A stretch of 63,110 nucleotides of DNA, filler included, from Nemertoderma westbladi (GCA_032718475.1; 3 parts of 3 records of this genome joined end to end with filler, not necessarily neighbours in it), one strand, 5' to 3'. Counted from the whole stretch's first letter, positions 14,001-26,259 are shown. Notes: generated by a model not told the origin, from the sequence alone. Numbers and translations are program-made.

Positions 14001-14607
14001 GGGGCAATAACTCATTTAAGTCATTGGGCCTGTCAGAATATTCATCACAAATGAAATCATTCAGTTCTGCAGTTCTGGCATTGAAATCGCCTGCTATAAT
14101 AGTTTCCCTGCTCGAACCAAATTTAGCAATTCCATTTTCAAGTAAGTCATATAAAGATGCAGGGTCACCACAATGGGAAGTTGATCCTTCTGGGGGTATA
14201 TAAATTGCACAAAATAATATATCAATCGGTGAATTTACAATAGTTCCACAGATATTTAGAAAAATTATATCCTCATTACGTTCTAGAACAGTTATATGTC
14301 CTTCAAGCTGTTTTTTGTAATACACGTTTATCCCTCCACTAAAACGTCTAGCTTTGGGATTTTTATTCAACCTTGTTACGGCAAAATAATTAAAACCTGC
14401 AATATCCGCAATGAGTGAATTTTCAGGGCTCAGCCAGGTTTCTGTACATACAAAAATATCATAATTATTTAATACTTCCTGGAACTCCAAGTCTGGTAAT
14501 TTGTTAACTATACCTTCAACATTCAAAGACCCAACTTTTAGTGAACTTATAGGCATATAATTAATTGGTCTCGAGTTCAGGTTACCGCCACTGGTCGTAC
14601 TGGTCAC
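11014..14607 (-). CDS. LINE ORF2: APE endonuclease + reverse transcriptase + C-terminal CCHC finger
   Basis: 1197-codon open frame with SLNVEG, CTETWL, GDFNART, IDYIL (APE); YRGISL, FIDFSKAFDSV, GVRQGDCLSP, LYADD (RT); RLCVFC...EDEMHFILICPAY. Track start is GTG; first ATG is at 14556. Confidence 0.96.
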   Translation of the reverse strand: MTSTTSGGNLNSRPINYMPISSLKVGSLNVEGIVNKLPDLEFQEVLNNYDIFVCTETWLSPENSLIADIAGFNYFAVTRLNKNPKARRFSGGINVYYKKQLEGHITVLERNEDIIFLNICGTIVNSPIDILFCAIYIPPEGSTSHCGDPASLYDLLENGIAKFGSSRETIIAGDFNARTAELNDFICDEYSDRPNDLNELLPPDYVFDDDNGDWEGSVNKIRRNQDEVKNNHGKLLLNLCKNARVRILNGRAGRDDGVGKFTFFAPGERRTRASTIDYILAGCGLLSHCSNFYVGDPNLFSPHVIVTAEFSWPVEIETQVDTNIDKTTKCGEQNSRFKWKEKFSDKFKKELSSEVVQTKLDNIADKLCTGLNTPADIDNATEEIVDCIRQVAGRYFKVREGGSPGDKCNVSYPWYNDECADKRFIFRREFNAWKNSPTHSTFNRLATSRSQYCKCIRQAKAAYDREQSQTLERTRVVNSQQFWAMLKNSTGTGSRTREGGPTLDSFSKYYETLLSNNNNFVDVGISPPETVNVDECQGMFENDISVALTECELENAIDRLKKRKSPGIDNILNEFLIEGKDFLIPILTVLFNAILASGKFPTEWAIAIISPIYKKKGTFSDPDNYRGISLISCIAKLFTSIVNSRLSFWADCMEVLSEAQAGFRYGYSTIDHIFLLNGLVEHFTRNQVGKLYAAFIDFSKAFDSVNRDALWIKLASIGFSGKLFDVIKSMYSCVKSCVRSNGEVSDCFPCLSGVRQGDCLSPFLFAMFMNDLEAELAKDGFEGITIGYLHLFLILYADDIVLLASSPSDLQHCLDTLGDYCDYWGLRVNLAKSNVMVFRKGGQLARLERWSYKGVAMETVSHYLYLGVTFSCMGSFTEAQRVLAEKANKALFSLNKYLFTFPCITFDLRYKLFNSLILPILHYGCPVWGDIAGPDVEKVHLKFLKRGLGVKTTTPNFMVYGETGTVPLRLHRQFAMLKFWVRILKLPEKRLTKQIYYTLLKDMHTQTSSKRGATNWVVQIRNLINNIGLSSFWTEQNVHNEKTFLASAKRRLHDQFIQGWWADCEASSKGALYIKYNFRVEGYLNILTDHPKLKVALARLRCSSHNLRVEEGRWRKENPLERLCVFCTLNAIEDEMHFILICPAYAELRLQLIPETFWRDPTKQNYRQLLSTNSKSALVNLSLFIYKAMKIRNETNK

Positions 14608-15205
14608 CCTATTTCGAAGGTGTCGGAGCTCGTAGGGTTTGCAGATTGACCCTCGCTAACGCCACCCGCAAGGTCACCACGACTGGTACCAACCATGTCT
14701 TGGTTAGGACACGTTGGGTTCGGATCCTGTTTCTCGCCCTGACTGGGTCCCTGCTGGGTAGCCTCCTTGCTCCGAGCTGAGCGACTTATCATACTGCGGG
14801 AGTTGGCCCGTTGTTTGCCAATGTCACCCACACTACCAGATCGACTACCTCTAGTTGCACTACGGCCTCGTCGCTTAGCCGCCCCATTAGCGTTTTCTTT
14901 TATTGTGTGTTGAGTTAAGGATAACTCATCCGATATTTCGTTTATAGATTTCTTATGTTTTTTCGGTTTGAGTACAACGGGTGCAGGTGAGATCCCTTTG
15001 ATGGGTGCTACAAGATCTACCGTCCCACTTGGAGGTACTTTACCACCAACTGTTGGTTCCTCGGCAGTATCACAGAGGACTGCGAAACGGTTGCCCGCTG
15101 GAGATTTTTGTGGCTCATCTGACTTTCCAGGTTTAACAACGTTACTATTGCCGCGCGTTACTGGTATGAGATTCCATTCGCTAGGTCCAGAATTACTATT
15201 ATTAG
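14604..15205 (-). pseudogene. C-terminal remnant of LINE ORF1
   Basis: Basic, disordered ORF containing NRFAVL, with its TGA overlapping the ORF2 GTG (GTGA, 14604-14607). The first ~25 aa of the track ORF are an off-frame reading of the neighbouring RTE fragment. Confidence 0.6.
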
Positions 15206-15209
15206 AATA

Positions 15210-15540
15210 ATGAAGGTATGCTGAACATACGTGAGCGAGAGACTGAATCAAAGGCCTTGAAGAAGTCAACAAAGATAACAGCCACATAGATGCCTGTCTT
15301 TCTTTTTTGATTACTCTTCAATTATCCTTCTAAGTGCCAAAAGGGCTCCATGGTCCCACGACCTTTACGGAACCCATTCTGATTTCCACGGAGCAGTCTC
15401 TCAATGGGATCCCTGATGCGATTTAATATAATTCTATTGTATAGCTTTGCAGCTATCGAGATCAATGAGATTCCCCGAAAAGAACCATAGAGTGTTAGGT
15501 TGCCCTTCTTGGGAACTGGCACCAACTTATTTGTTTTCAG
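15210..15540 (-). pseudogene. RTE-clade reverse transcriptase fragment
   Basis: VPVPKKGNL..FRGISLISIAAKLYNRIILNRI..NQNGFRKGR, then after a frameshift VAVIFVDFFKAFDSVSR. Confidence 0.88.
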
Positions 15541-15570
15541 TTCTCGTGGGACTCTTGTTGTTCGTTACAT

Positions 15571-18500
15571 GTCTACGATGAAGCTATCAGTTGCATGTGG
15601 TGTGAGCGATGATATAAGCTTTCAGTTGCATGTGGTGTGAGCGACAATGTAAGCGTTCAGTTGCACGTGGTGCGAGCGACGATGTAAGCTTTCATTTGCA
15701 TGTGGTGTGAGCGATGATGTAAGCTTTCTGTTGCATGTGATGTGAGCGTCAATTTAAGCTTTCAATTGCATGTGGTGCGAGCGACGATGTAAGCTTTCAG
15801 TTGCATGTGGTGCGAGCGACGATGTAAGCTTTCAGTTGCATGTGGTGTGAGCGACGATGCAAGTGTTCAGTTGCATGTGGTGCGTGCGACGATGTAAGCT
15901 TTCAGTTGTATGTGGTGTGAGCGACGATGTAAGAGTTCAGTTACATGTGGTGTGAGCGACGATGTAAGCTCTGAGTTGCGTGTGGTGTGAGCGACGATGT
16001 CAGCTTTCAGTTGCATGTGGTGTGAGCGATAATGTAAGCTTTCATTTGCATGTGGTGTGAGCGACGATGTAAGCTTTCTATTGCATGTGGTGCGAGCGAC
16101 GATGTAAGCTTTCAGTTGCATGTGGTGTAAGCGACGATGTGAGCTTTCAGTTGCATGTGGTGCGAGCGACGATGTAAGCTTTCAGTTGCTTGTGGTTTGA
16201 GCGACGATGTAAGGTTTCAGTTACATGTGGTGAGGGCGTCGATGTAAGCTTTCAGTTGCATGTTATGTGAGCGACGATGTAAGCTTTCAGTTGCATGTGG
16301 TGTGAGCGACGATGTAAGCTTTCAGTTGCATGTTATGTGAGCGACGATGTAAGCGTTCTGTTGCATGTGGTGCGAGCGACGATGTAAGCTTTCAGTTGCA
16401 TGTGGTGTGAGCGACGATGTAAGCTTTCAGTTGCATGTTATGTGAGCGACGATGTAAGCTTTCAGTTGCATGTGGTGTGACCGACGATGTAAGCTTTCAT
16501 TTGCATGTGGTGTGAGCGACGATGTAAGCTTTCTATTGCATGTAGTGCGAGCGACGATGTAAGCTTTCAGTTGCATGTGGTTTGAGCGACGATGTAAGCT
16601 TTCAGTTGCATGTTATGTGAGCGACGATGTAAGCTTTCAGTTGCATGTGGTGTGAGCAACGATGGAAGCTTTTAGTTGCATGTGGTGTGAGCGACGATGT
16701 AAACTTTCAGTTGCATGTGGTGTGAGCGACGATGTAAGCTTTCAGTTGCATGTGGTGTGAGCGACGATGTAAGCTTTCTGTTGCATGTGGTGTGAGCGAC
16801 GATGTGAGTTTTCAGTTGCATGTGGTGTGAGCGACGATGTAAGCTTTCAGTTGCATGTTATGTGAGCGACGATGTAAGCTTTCAGTTGCATGTAGTGCGA
16901 GCGACGATGTAAGCTTTCAGTTGCATGTGGTTTGAGCGACGATGTAAGCTTTCAGTTGCATGTTATGTGAGCGACGATGTAAGCTTTCAGTTGCATGTGG
17001 TGTGAGCAACGATGGAAGCTTTTAGTTGCATGTGGTGTGAGCGACGATGTAAGCTTTCAGTTGCATGTGGTGTGAACGACGATGTAAGCTTTCAGTTGCA
17101 TGTGGTGTGAACGACGATGTAAGCTTTCTGTTGCATGTGGTGTGAGCGACGATGTGAGTTTTCAGTTGCATGTGGTGTGAGCGACGATGTAAGCTTTCAG
17201 TTGCATGTTATGTGAGCGACGATGTAAGCTTTCAGTTGCATGTGGTGTGAGCGACGATAGAAGCTTTTAGTTGCATGTTATGTGAGCGACGATGTAAGCT
17301 TTCTGTTGCATGTGGTGTGAGCGACGATGTGAGCTTTCAGTTGCATGTGGTGTGAGCGACGATGTGAGCTTTCAGTTGCATGTGGTGTGAGCGACGATGT
17401 GAGCTTTCAGTTGCATGTGGTGTGAGCGACGATGTAAGCTTTCAGTTGCATGTGGTGTGAGCGACGATGTAAGCTTTCAGTTGCGTGTGGTGTGAGCGAC
17501 GATGGAAGCTTTTAGTTGCATGTTATGTGAGCGACGATGTAAGCTTTCTGTTGCATGTGGTGTGAGCGACGATGTGAGCTTTCAGTTGCATGTGGTGTGA
17601 GCGACGATGTAAGCTTTCTGTTGCATGTGGTGTGAGCGACGATGTGAGCTTTCAGTTGCATGAGGTGTGAGCGACGATGTAAGCTTTCAGTTGCATGTGG
17701 TGTGAGCGACGATGTGAGCTTTCAGTTGCATGTGGTGTGAGAGCGACGATGTAAGCTTTCATTTGCATGTGGTGTGAGCGACGATGTAAGCTTTCTATTG
17801 CATGTAGTGCGAGCGACGATGTAAGCTTTCAGTTGCATGTGGTTTGAGCGACGATGTAAGCTTTCAGTTGCATGTTATGTGAGCGACGATGTAAGCTTTC
17901 AGTTGCATGTGGTGTGAGCAACGATGGAAGCTTTTAGTTGCATGTGGTGTGAGCGACGATGTAAGCTTTCAGTTGCATGTGGTGTGAGCGACGATGTAAG
18001 CTTTCAGTTGCATGTGGTGTGAGCGACGATGTAAGCTTTCTGTTGCATGTGGTGTGAGCGACGATGTGAGTTTTCAGTTGCATGTGGTGTGAGCGACGAT
18101 GTAAGCTTTCAGTTGCATGTTATGTGAGCGACGATGTAAGCTTTCAGTTGCATGTAGTGCGAGCGACGATGAAAGCTTTCAGTTGCATGTGGTTTGAGCG
18201 ACGATGTAAGCTTTCAGTTGCATGTTATGTGAGCGACGATGTAAGCTTTCAGTTGCATGTGGTGTGAGCAACGATGGAAGCTTTTAGTTGCATGTGGTGT
18301 GAGCGACGATGTAAGCTTTCAGTTGCATGTGGTGTGAACGACGATGTAAGCTTTCAGTTGCATGTGGTGTGAACGACGATGTAAGCTTTCTGTTGCATGT
18401 GGTGTGAGCGACGATGTGAGTTTTCAGTTGCATGTGGTGTGAGCGACGATGTAAGCTTTCAGTTGCATGTTATGTGAGCGACGATGTAAGCTTTCAGTTG

Positions 18501-19050
18501 CATGTGGTGTGAGCGACGATAGAAGCTTTTAGTTGCATGTTATGTGAGCGACGATGTAAGCTTTCTGTTGCATGTGGTGTGAGAGACGATGTGAGCTTTC
18601 AGTTGCATGTGGTGTGAGCGACGATGTGAGCTTTCAGTTGCATGTGGTGTGAGCGACGATGTGAGCTTTCAGTTGCATGTGGTGTGAGCGACGATGTAAG
18701 CTTTCAGTTGCATGTGGTGTGAGCGACGATGTAAGCTTTCAGTTGCGTGTGGTGTGAGCGACGATGGAAGCTTTTAGTTGCATGTTATGTGAGCGACGAT
18801 GTAAGCTTTCTGTTGCATGTGGTGTGAGCGACGATGTGAGCTTTCAGTTGCATGTGGTGTGAGCGACGATGTAAGCTTTCAGTTGCATGTGGTGTGAGCG
18901 ACGATGTGAGCTTTCAGTTGCATGAGGTGTGAGCGACGATGTAAGCTTTCAGTTGCATGTGGTGTGAGCGACGATGTAAGCGTTCAGTTCCATGTGGTGT
19001 GAGCGACGATGTAAGCTTTCAGTTGCATGTGGTGTGAGCGACGATGTAAG
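15571..19050. repeat. 35-bp satellite (GAGCGACGATGTAAGCTTTCAGTTGCATGTGGTGT)n, ~99 copies
   Basis: Direct 35-bp periodicity (e.g. 16271 and 16306) with no spacers. The left edge is more degenerate. Confidence 0.98.
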
Positions 19051-19600
19051 CCAGCTTGGAATACGGATACCGCTCGCTGTCTCAACTGTTGCCCTGCGGT
19101 CGGACCAGGCGCGGATCCAGAATATCCGGGGGGGGGGGGGCAACTGCCCCCCCACCCCCCCGGCCCTCCTTGGATCCGCCACTGGGCGGTCTGTCTGTCT
19201 GTCGCCTAATATTTCTCGGCTAATAACGCAGTCAATCTTTGATGAAATTAAACCAAAAGCAAAATTGGTAGACATTTAATCTGACGGAAGACTGAAATAG
19301 AACCAGTAGTGCTACAGTCTCTCGCTAGAGAGGTCGTATAGGCAACGGGTAATAGTGGTAACTGTATGTCAAACTTGCTTAACTTTGCCTATCGGCATGC
19401 TGCATTGAGACTGCATTATATATATCACATATATATTAAGAATGCTGTGCCGCATTGTCGACCAAATTGCGTCGCCACAACTCCCTATCAACCACGTTAT
19501 TTGCTAGATCGTCAGGATCTTCAAGGTCAGTGTCCTCTATGAGGCGTCTCTACCGGGCTATTAGGACAAACCAGTAGTCCTATGGGTGTTGCTTTCCGTC
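19051..19600 (+). mobile_element. Possible DINE/Helentron-type non-autonomous element with a tiny GC-rich MITE inserted
   Basis: (GTCT)n at ~19169-19183 followed by typical module sequence. Inverted pair CAGGCGCGGATCCAG (19106) / TGGATCCGCCACTG (19151-19164) flanks G and C runs. Confidence 0.35.
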
Positions 19601-19619
19601 TGGCGTTAATTCATGGTGT

Positions 19620-20866
19620 GCGTTTATTCGAGGTGGGCGTTTAATCGAGGTGGGCGTTTATTCGAGGTTACCGTTTATTCCAGGGGGGCGTTTATTCGTG
19701 ATCGTGGGGGGCGTTTATTTGCGGTGGGCGTTTATTCGAGGAGGGCGTTTAATGGACGGGGGCGTTTATTCGTGGGGGCGTTTATTCGAAATGGCCGTTT
19801 ATTCAATTTTGGCGCTTATTCGGGGGTGGCGTTTATGGGCGTTTACTCGATGTGGGCGTTTATTCGCGGTGGGAGTTTATTTGGGATAGGCGTTTAGTCA
19901 AGGTGGGCGTTTATTCGAGGTGGGGGTTTATTCGGGATAGGCGTTTATTCGAGGTGGGGGTTTATTCGAGGTGGGCGTTTATTCGTGATCGTGGGGGGTG
20001 TTCTTTTGCGGTGGGCGTTTATTCGAGGAGGGCTTTTAATGGAGGGGTGCGTTTATTCGAGATGCCTTTTATTCAAGTTGGGCGCTTACTCGGGGGTGGC
20101 GTTTATTCGAGATGCCTTTTATTCAAGTTGCGCGCTTACTCGGGGGTGGCGTGTATGGGCGTTTATTCGATGTGGGCGTTTATTCGCGGTGGGCGTTTAT
20201 TCGGGATAGGCGTTTAGTCAAGGTGGGCGTTTTGTTCGAGGTGGGAGTTGATTCGGGATAGGCGTTTATTCGAGGTGGGTGTTTATTCGAGGTGGGGGTT
20301 TATTCGCGGTGGACGTTTATTCGCGGTGGACGTTTATTCGAGGTGGGGGTTTATTAGGGATAGGCGTTTATTGGAGGTGGGGGTTTATATGAGGTGGGAG
20401 TTTATTCGAGGTGGGCGTTTATTCGTGATCGTGGGGGGCGTTCATTTGCGGTGGGCGTTTATTCGAGGAGGGCTTTTAATGGAGGGGGGCGTTTATTCGA
20501 GATGCCTTTTATTCAAGTTGGGCGCTTACTCGGGGGTGGCGTTTATGGGCGTTTATTCGATGTGGGCGTTTATTCGCGGTGGGCGTTTATTCGGGATAGG
20601 CGTTTAGTCAAGGTTGTCGTTTTGTTCGAGGTGAGGGTTTATTCGGGATAGGCGTTTATTGGAGGTGGGAGTTTATTTGAGGTGGGGGTTTATTCGCGAT
20701 AGGCGTTTATTCGAGGTGGGGGTTTATTCGAGGTGGGGGTTTATTCGTGATCGTGGGGGGCGTTCATTTGCGGTGGGCGTTTATTCGGGATAGGCGTTTA
20801 TTGGAGGTGGGGGTTTATTCGAGGTTTGTTTGAGGATTCGAGGGGGTGCATGTTCGAGTAACGGTA
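19620..20866. repeat. Degenerate 16-17-bp array (GGTGGGCGTTTATTCGA)n, probably amplified subterminal repeats of a Tc1/pogo-like MITE
   Basis: Dozens of GGCGTTTATTCG copies ending at ...ACGGTA (20861-20866), which resembles a TACCGT terminus. The origin is inferred. Confidence 0.75.
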
Positions 20867-21009
20867 CGATGTTCTATCATGTACTACACTTAAGGCCTGC
20901 TACTGGTTTAAGTTTGGGTTTAATAAAATGAATGGCATTTATATGTGATTCCCGATGAGATCAATAATGCAAACAGATCAGTTGTGCGGTTCCACGATCT
21001 TCGTATCCA

Positions 21010-21670
21010 CTGGGGTGTCCTTCGCGGAGACATTAGTCTACTTCTTCTTCAATATTCTGGTGGACTATAATGTTTAAGACAACTCTTGAAATATCTCTAC
21101 CATGAGGTACTCATAGTCGAGTGTTCCTATGCATGAGAACTAGTAACTACAGTAGATGATGTTCCCATGTTCTCAGATCTTGACTAAGCCTATGCTGATG
21201 ACTTTGGTTTACTGTCCTGTCAGTGACATTGGAGGGAGAGCTTATCTAGATTAGAGGAGGAGGCATACAATGTTGGACTTTTAGTAAATAGCTCAAAGAC
21301 CAAAACTGTGACAGTAAATATTTGATTCAGACAAGCAGAAAGTTGATCGTGAAAACATTCAATCACTGGATGGACTGGTAAGTCATGTGAATGGATGATT
21401 GGTTTGGATGTCTGGTGAAGATTTCCGAATGCACAAAGGAAAGATGTGGTCTGCTGCATCCTACGGTTATCCAGCATCTGGAGTAGTTGTGATATCACGT
21501 GCTCTTTAAAGGTACGCATTTTCCGTGCAGCAGTGCGTTGATCTTTGCTGCTGCTAAATGCTACAAACACCTGGATGGCACATAAAACCATGATGGCACC
21601 CCATTTACTGCATGGAGGTACAGCGCAGCAGGTTGTCTTTATCAAAGACCACCAGAAGAGGTCAGTAGTC
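21010..21670 (+). pseudogene. Decayed RTE-clade RT fragment
   Basis: FFFNILVDY, YADDFGLL and LEEEAYNVGLLVNSSKTK readable across frameshifts; similar in character to 55068-55815. Confidence 0.7.
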
Positions 21671-23602
21671 CTGATCTAACACTATACTCTTTAAAATGGA
21701 ATATTTAGGCAATATAATTAATATCTAAAGTATATTTTGTTTTTTTTGTAGGCTGTATGAGATAATTTTTGAGTGATAACTCCAGAAAAGCTTGAGCATA
21801 CCTGTAACCTGATCCAAAAGGTATCTGTAGGTGAAAATTAATGTCAAAAACGTCATAAGTGAAAATAAGAAATGTGGGCAGCCTTTTTAAGAGGACTTCT
21901 TCTATAGCGCCATGAAAATTTGTTTAGTATATTTCAATAGTAAGCATTGTTGATGGTTTGGATACTTCCCATTAGCGTAGAAGGCTGATTTTAGGCTCAT
22001 TTGAACCACAATCATTGATTTAGTGGGGGTAGAAGTTGATGTAACAAACTTTTTTTTGAAATATTTTGGTCAATTCCTCAAAATTTTAGCTCAAAAGTGG
22101 TGGTGTGATAGCCCATATTTACTCGAAGAGCAGTATTCTTTCAAATATGACTTTATGGTGGTCGTAGGGAGTTGATTTTGTGCTTATTAGAACCGAAATG
22201 GTCGATTTAGTGGGGGTAGGACTAGTTGGAATAGTTTAAATATCATTTTAATTGTATTTTTAGTCAATTAAAGCCAAATTTTGGCCCTCATATATATCGC
22301 GATAGCTTTCACTATGTGTCATTTGTAAAATGAATTGTCTTGGTCGTCTGGTGTTGATTTTGGGCTCGTTCGATCGCAATCATTAGCGTGGGAAGAACAG
22401 GTTGGCATGGTTTTATAAATCATTCTTATTTATATTTTTAAGCCAATATCTGAATATAGTTTTTAACCCAGTATAGTTAACTGTTAGTTATTGGTATGTA
22501 ATACTTGTTGGTTTGACGTCTCTTAATATTTTGAAGTTCAACTAGTGCACCCTAACTAAATTAAAAAAAAACTAAAAACTAAATTGATGATTGCGGTTCA
22601 ATGAACCAAAAATGGTACGACCTAAAGAATTTATATTACACATGATGTACTGTAAGTGTAAGCTGTCGTGACGACATATGTGTGGGCTAAAATTTTATAT
22701 TTTCTGATTGGCTGGCTTAAAAAGTGGATCAACACTATAATTTTTGTCCAAATTGGCTACTTTTTCAGTTATAATTTTTGACCAAATTGGCTACTTTTTT
22801 CAGTGTTGTTTTGCTGGTTTTCACCAATATTTGGGAGCATTAATATTTTTCGACCTTGTACCTCTGAGCACGATTCGTTCCGGAATACCTCAACAACGTC
22901 AGTTTACACACTTCTTCTAGTCATCGTATGAAGACAATATTGAGCCGATTTGAACTGCAACGGTTGATTTAGTGGGTGTAAAGAGGATATAGCACTTCTT
23001 ACAATGACTAGAAGACTGAAAACTGACATTTTGGTGTTCCGTAGATGAATCTTAGTTATTAGTAACTATAGTAATAACTAAATCTACATGTAGTTTCCGA
23101 AATATTGGGTGAATGATTTAGACGACCACAACTACCCCCAGTAATTTTAATTTGAATTTTTATGATACCAATATCGACTTTATACAGTGAGTGGAAGTGT
23201 AGTTAACTGACAGGGGTTCGCGATAATTTCCGCTTAGTGATTTAAGCCGCTAGCGACGTAAGACCGGGTAAATGTTTCGGGTTGCCCACATTTCTCAGTT
23301 TGTTGAATTTTACCCCAATGGGCATTTCTTACCTTGATATTAGTTTAGTCAGCCATATAGGTTATGCTCTCTGAATTTTAAGGTCCCTCAGTTATACAGC
23401 CTACCCCTTATTACATTGTTATTACAGTAGGCATACTGTATACAACAACGGTAGTACAGGAGTATTAATATAATAAAATTTTAGAAACATTAAATTAATA
23501 GTAAAGAAAGGTAATATAATATAATAAACGGATTACTATTTTTGTGGCAGGTAGAATTTCGTCATCGGGCAGTTTGCATCGAAGTCATCATCAAATGCAT
23601 CA

Positions 23603-23616
23603 GTTGCCATGGTAAC
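23603..23616. promoter_or_regulatory. Near-palindromic RFX X-box motif
   Basis: GTTGCCATGGTAAC matches the X-box consensus; function untested. Confidence 0.3.
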
Positions 23617-23772
23617 TGTTGTCTGAAATGTCATTTTAAATATCACTTTTTCTCTTTAGTGAATTTAGTTAATGAATACAGCATGATTATTTTCATTGAC
23701 CTAAATAGTTGTTAAACAATCATTTTTCAACCAGGGTTGTTTGTACGGAGCCCCCCTTTCCCCCTTTTTTTT

Positions 23773-24021
23773 CTAAGTCCGGCCCGGAGATACTATCTCA
23801 GGCCCGGAGATACTAAGTCCGGCCCGGAGATACTATCTAAGGCCCGGAGATACTAAGTCCGGCCCGGAGATACTATCTCAGGCCCGGAGATACTAAGTCC
23901 GGCCCGGAGATACTATCTCAGGCCCTGAGATACTAAGTCCGGCCCGGAGATACTATCTCAGGCCCGGAGATACTAAGTCTGGCCCAGAGATACTAAGTCC
24001 GGCCCGGAGATACTATCTCAG
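23773..24021. repeat. 20-bp minisatellite with alternating variants (40-bp dimer), running into the gap
   Basis: GGCCCGGAGATACTAAGTCC alternates with GGCCCGGAGATACTATCTCA. Confidence 0.95.
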
Positions 24022-24121
24022 NNNNNNNNNNNNNNNNNNNNNNNNNNNNNNNNNNNNNNNNNNNNTTAATTAATTAANNNNNNNNNNNNNNNNNNNNNNN
24101 NNNNNNNNNNNNNNNNNNNNN
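24022..24121. other. Scaffold gap with artificial six-frame-stop linker
   Basis: 100 bp of N with TTAATTAATTAA at 24066-24077; the same layout occurs at 54968-55067. Confidence 0.97.
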
Positions 24122-24713
24122 GATTTAAATTGTCACAAGGAATTTTATCTATTGAATGGATTTTCAAAATTTCTTGCTAGCACCAAAATTTGCACACAGC
24201 ACCGAAAAATACAAGTTTGATACGCTTGGTGCAACTCGTATATATTTCATCGAATCCAGAACCCCAAAAAACTCCAATTGCGTAAAAAAAAAGTTTCAAA
24301 CAATCAATTTACAAAATTGACATATTTCAAAATTTGGTGCTGGCACCAAAATTTGGCACCCACCGAAAAAAACAAGTTTGAAATTTCTAAATCAATTTAT
24401 ATGAATTCCATCTAATTTCTAACACCAAAAAACCGGTGTAAATCAAAAATAGAGATGTTACAATTCATATTTAATGAAATGTAAAAAAACGTCTCAAAAA
24501 AGTGCCAAAAGTAGGGTTAAAAAATGGTGCTATAACTCGAAAAGTACCCAATATTTTTGAAAACGGTTTTCACTACTAGGAAGACAATAGATTTTTAGGA
24601 AAAGTCATACAATTTCAGATTCCCAACTGCGTTTGTTTCAGAATTATAATAAAAAAACCACGGGGGGGGGTCATATTGACCCCCCCCCCCCCCCCCGGGT
24701 TTAATAGGGTTAA
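24122..24713. mobile_element. Right end of a piggyBac-like non-autonomous element
   Basis: Ends ...AGGG|TTAA (24706-24713), preceded by a G-run TCATATTGA C-run palindrome. The left part is lost in the gap. Confidence 0.55.
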
Positions 24714-25377
24714 AACACATAATCTGTCGTAGCTGACGTCAGACTGCATGTGTTTTAGCAAATTTGCTAAACTTTCCCCCTACTACTTACCTACTAAGTT
24801 TGGTTCGATTTCGAACCAGCGATGCCTAGATATTCGCGTTCAAACATTTACCAGACAGACAGAAGGACAGGCCTAATTTGCCCTATATGAACCGTATGCC
24901 AAGGCTCGCCAACTACGTGTCTCACCCCACATTATACAGGAAAGTAGAAATATGGAAAGAGGCAATAATTTTCGGGGCTTGTTAGATCATCAAAGTTCTA
25001 ATTAATACATGTACCCCCTAGCTAACTTTATATACCTTATAGGAATATCTATATATTAATTTTTGGATATTAAATTTATATTTAAATATTAATTATGGAT
25101 GGGCATTTTGAATTTTCACAAATGGTGGGCGGCCACTTCCCAGACTTCTCCAGACATATATTATTGTCTATATATTATTATATTATATTATTGACATATT
25201 ATATTGTAGTATATTACATGCCACATATTGATAATTAGTGTTTCGGTTATTGAATTAGCCCAAACGATCTTCCTAGGATTGAATTATTACTTAGTTTAGA
25301 GTTATTTAGAAGGCATCAAAAACCCTACAACTTCAACCGTTTCGGATGGTACATCGTAAAAGTTCCCTCAATGTATC

Positions 25378-25540
25378 TAAAGGTTCGCCCCTGGGATCTA
25401 AGGTTTGCCCCAAGAATCTAAAGGTTCGCACCAATTATTTTAAGGTTCACCCCTGGGGTCTACGGGTTTGCCCCTAGGACCTAAATGTTCGCCCCAATTA
25501 TTTTAAGGTTCGCCCCTGGGGTCTAAGGCTTCGCCCCAAG
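25378..25540. repeat. Short degenerate array of AAGGTTCGCCCC motifs
   Basis: About 8 copies at 19-23-bp spacing. Confidence 0.7.
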
Positions 25541-26259
25541 GATGCTTGTTTCTGAGATAATTTTTTTTAAATACATTATTTCCAAATTACAAATAATACT
25601 CTGTATTGAATTCCACTAGTTTTTTTTAAGGTTATAAATATAGAATATGATATTAAGATCTTAATTGTATTCAATCACACTTTACAGTCTTTAGTAAACA
25701 TTTCTCTAAACTCGATAACAACAAAGTTAAGTGAAGGTACCTTCCGAGTTGCCTAATGTGTAATTATAATGACATATCAACTCATTGACACTCCCAAGAA
25801 TGGAACCACAACAGCTTAAAACTAACTGATCACTGGAAATTTATCATTATATTTTGTTAGATCTATTATTATTATTATATGAAGCAGTGACAGTCTTGTC
25901 TGACAGATCATATTATTATTTTATATATCTGGAATTCACACAAACAGAAAATGATATACATAAATACATTCCCGACACCACTCCCTTACCTAGAACCTGT
26001 ACAATGACAATTTACGTATGAAACGAACTGGAATATGTCCAACCAATAACATGTTTATTAACATGAAGTTCGGTTTCAGAAATTATATCAATTTATATTG
26101 TCATTCGGTTAAATAAACATTGAGAATATATCATAAAGATAGCCTGAATGCAGTAGGTCTTAATATAAATGAGATACATCTACGTTATTATTGTTTTTGA
26201 AATTTGCTATATAATTTATTCGGATATTGTCCTTACATATCCATACATACACTTTCAAC

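Larger units (their letters stand above)
10658..15205 (-). mobile_element. 5'-truncated non-LTR retrotransposon (APE-RT, RTEX-like) with (TAA)n 3' tail
   Basis: Intact ORF2, ORF1 remnant, ~340-bp 3' UTR and TATTATTTATTATTATT at 10658-10674, read as (TAA)n on the minus strand. Clade inferred from the C-terminal CCHC motif and tail type. Confidence 0.88.

Noticed and set aside
15571-19050. CRISPR array (35-bp repeats)
   Set aside because: Repeats are contiguous with no unique spacers, no cas genes are present and the context is eukaryotic. The same applies to the 63-bp and second 35-bp arrays.
24066-24077. TTAATTAATTAA island within N runs (also 55012-55023)
   Set aside because: Identical, centred in 100-bp gaps and stops all six frames: an assembly linker. 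Adjacency across the gaps is therefore uncertain.
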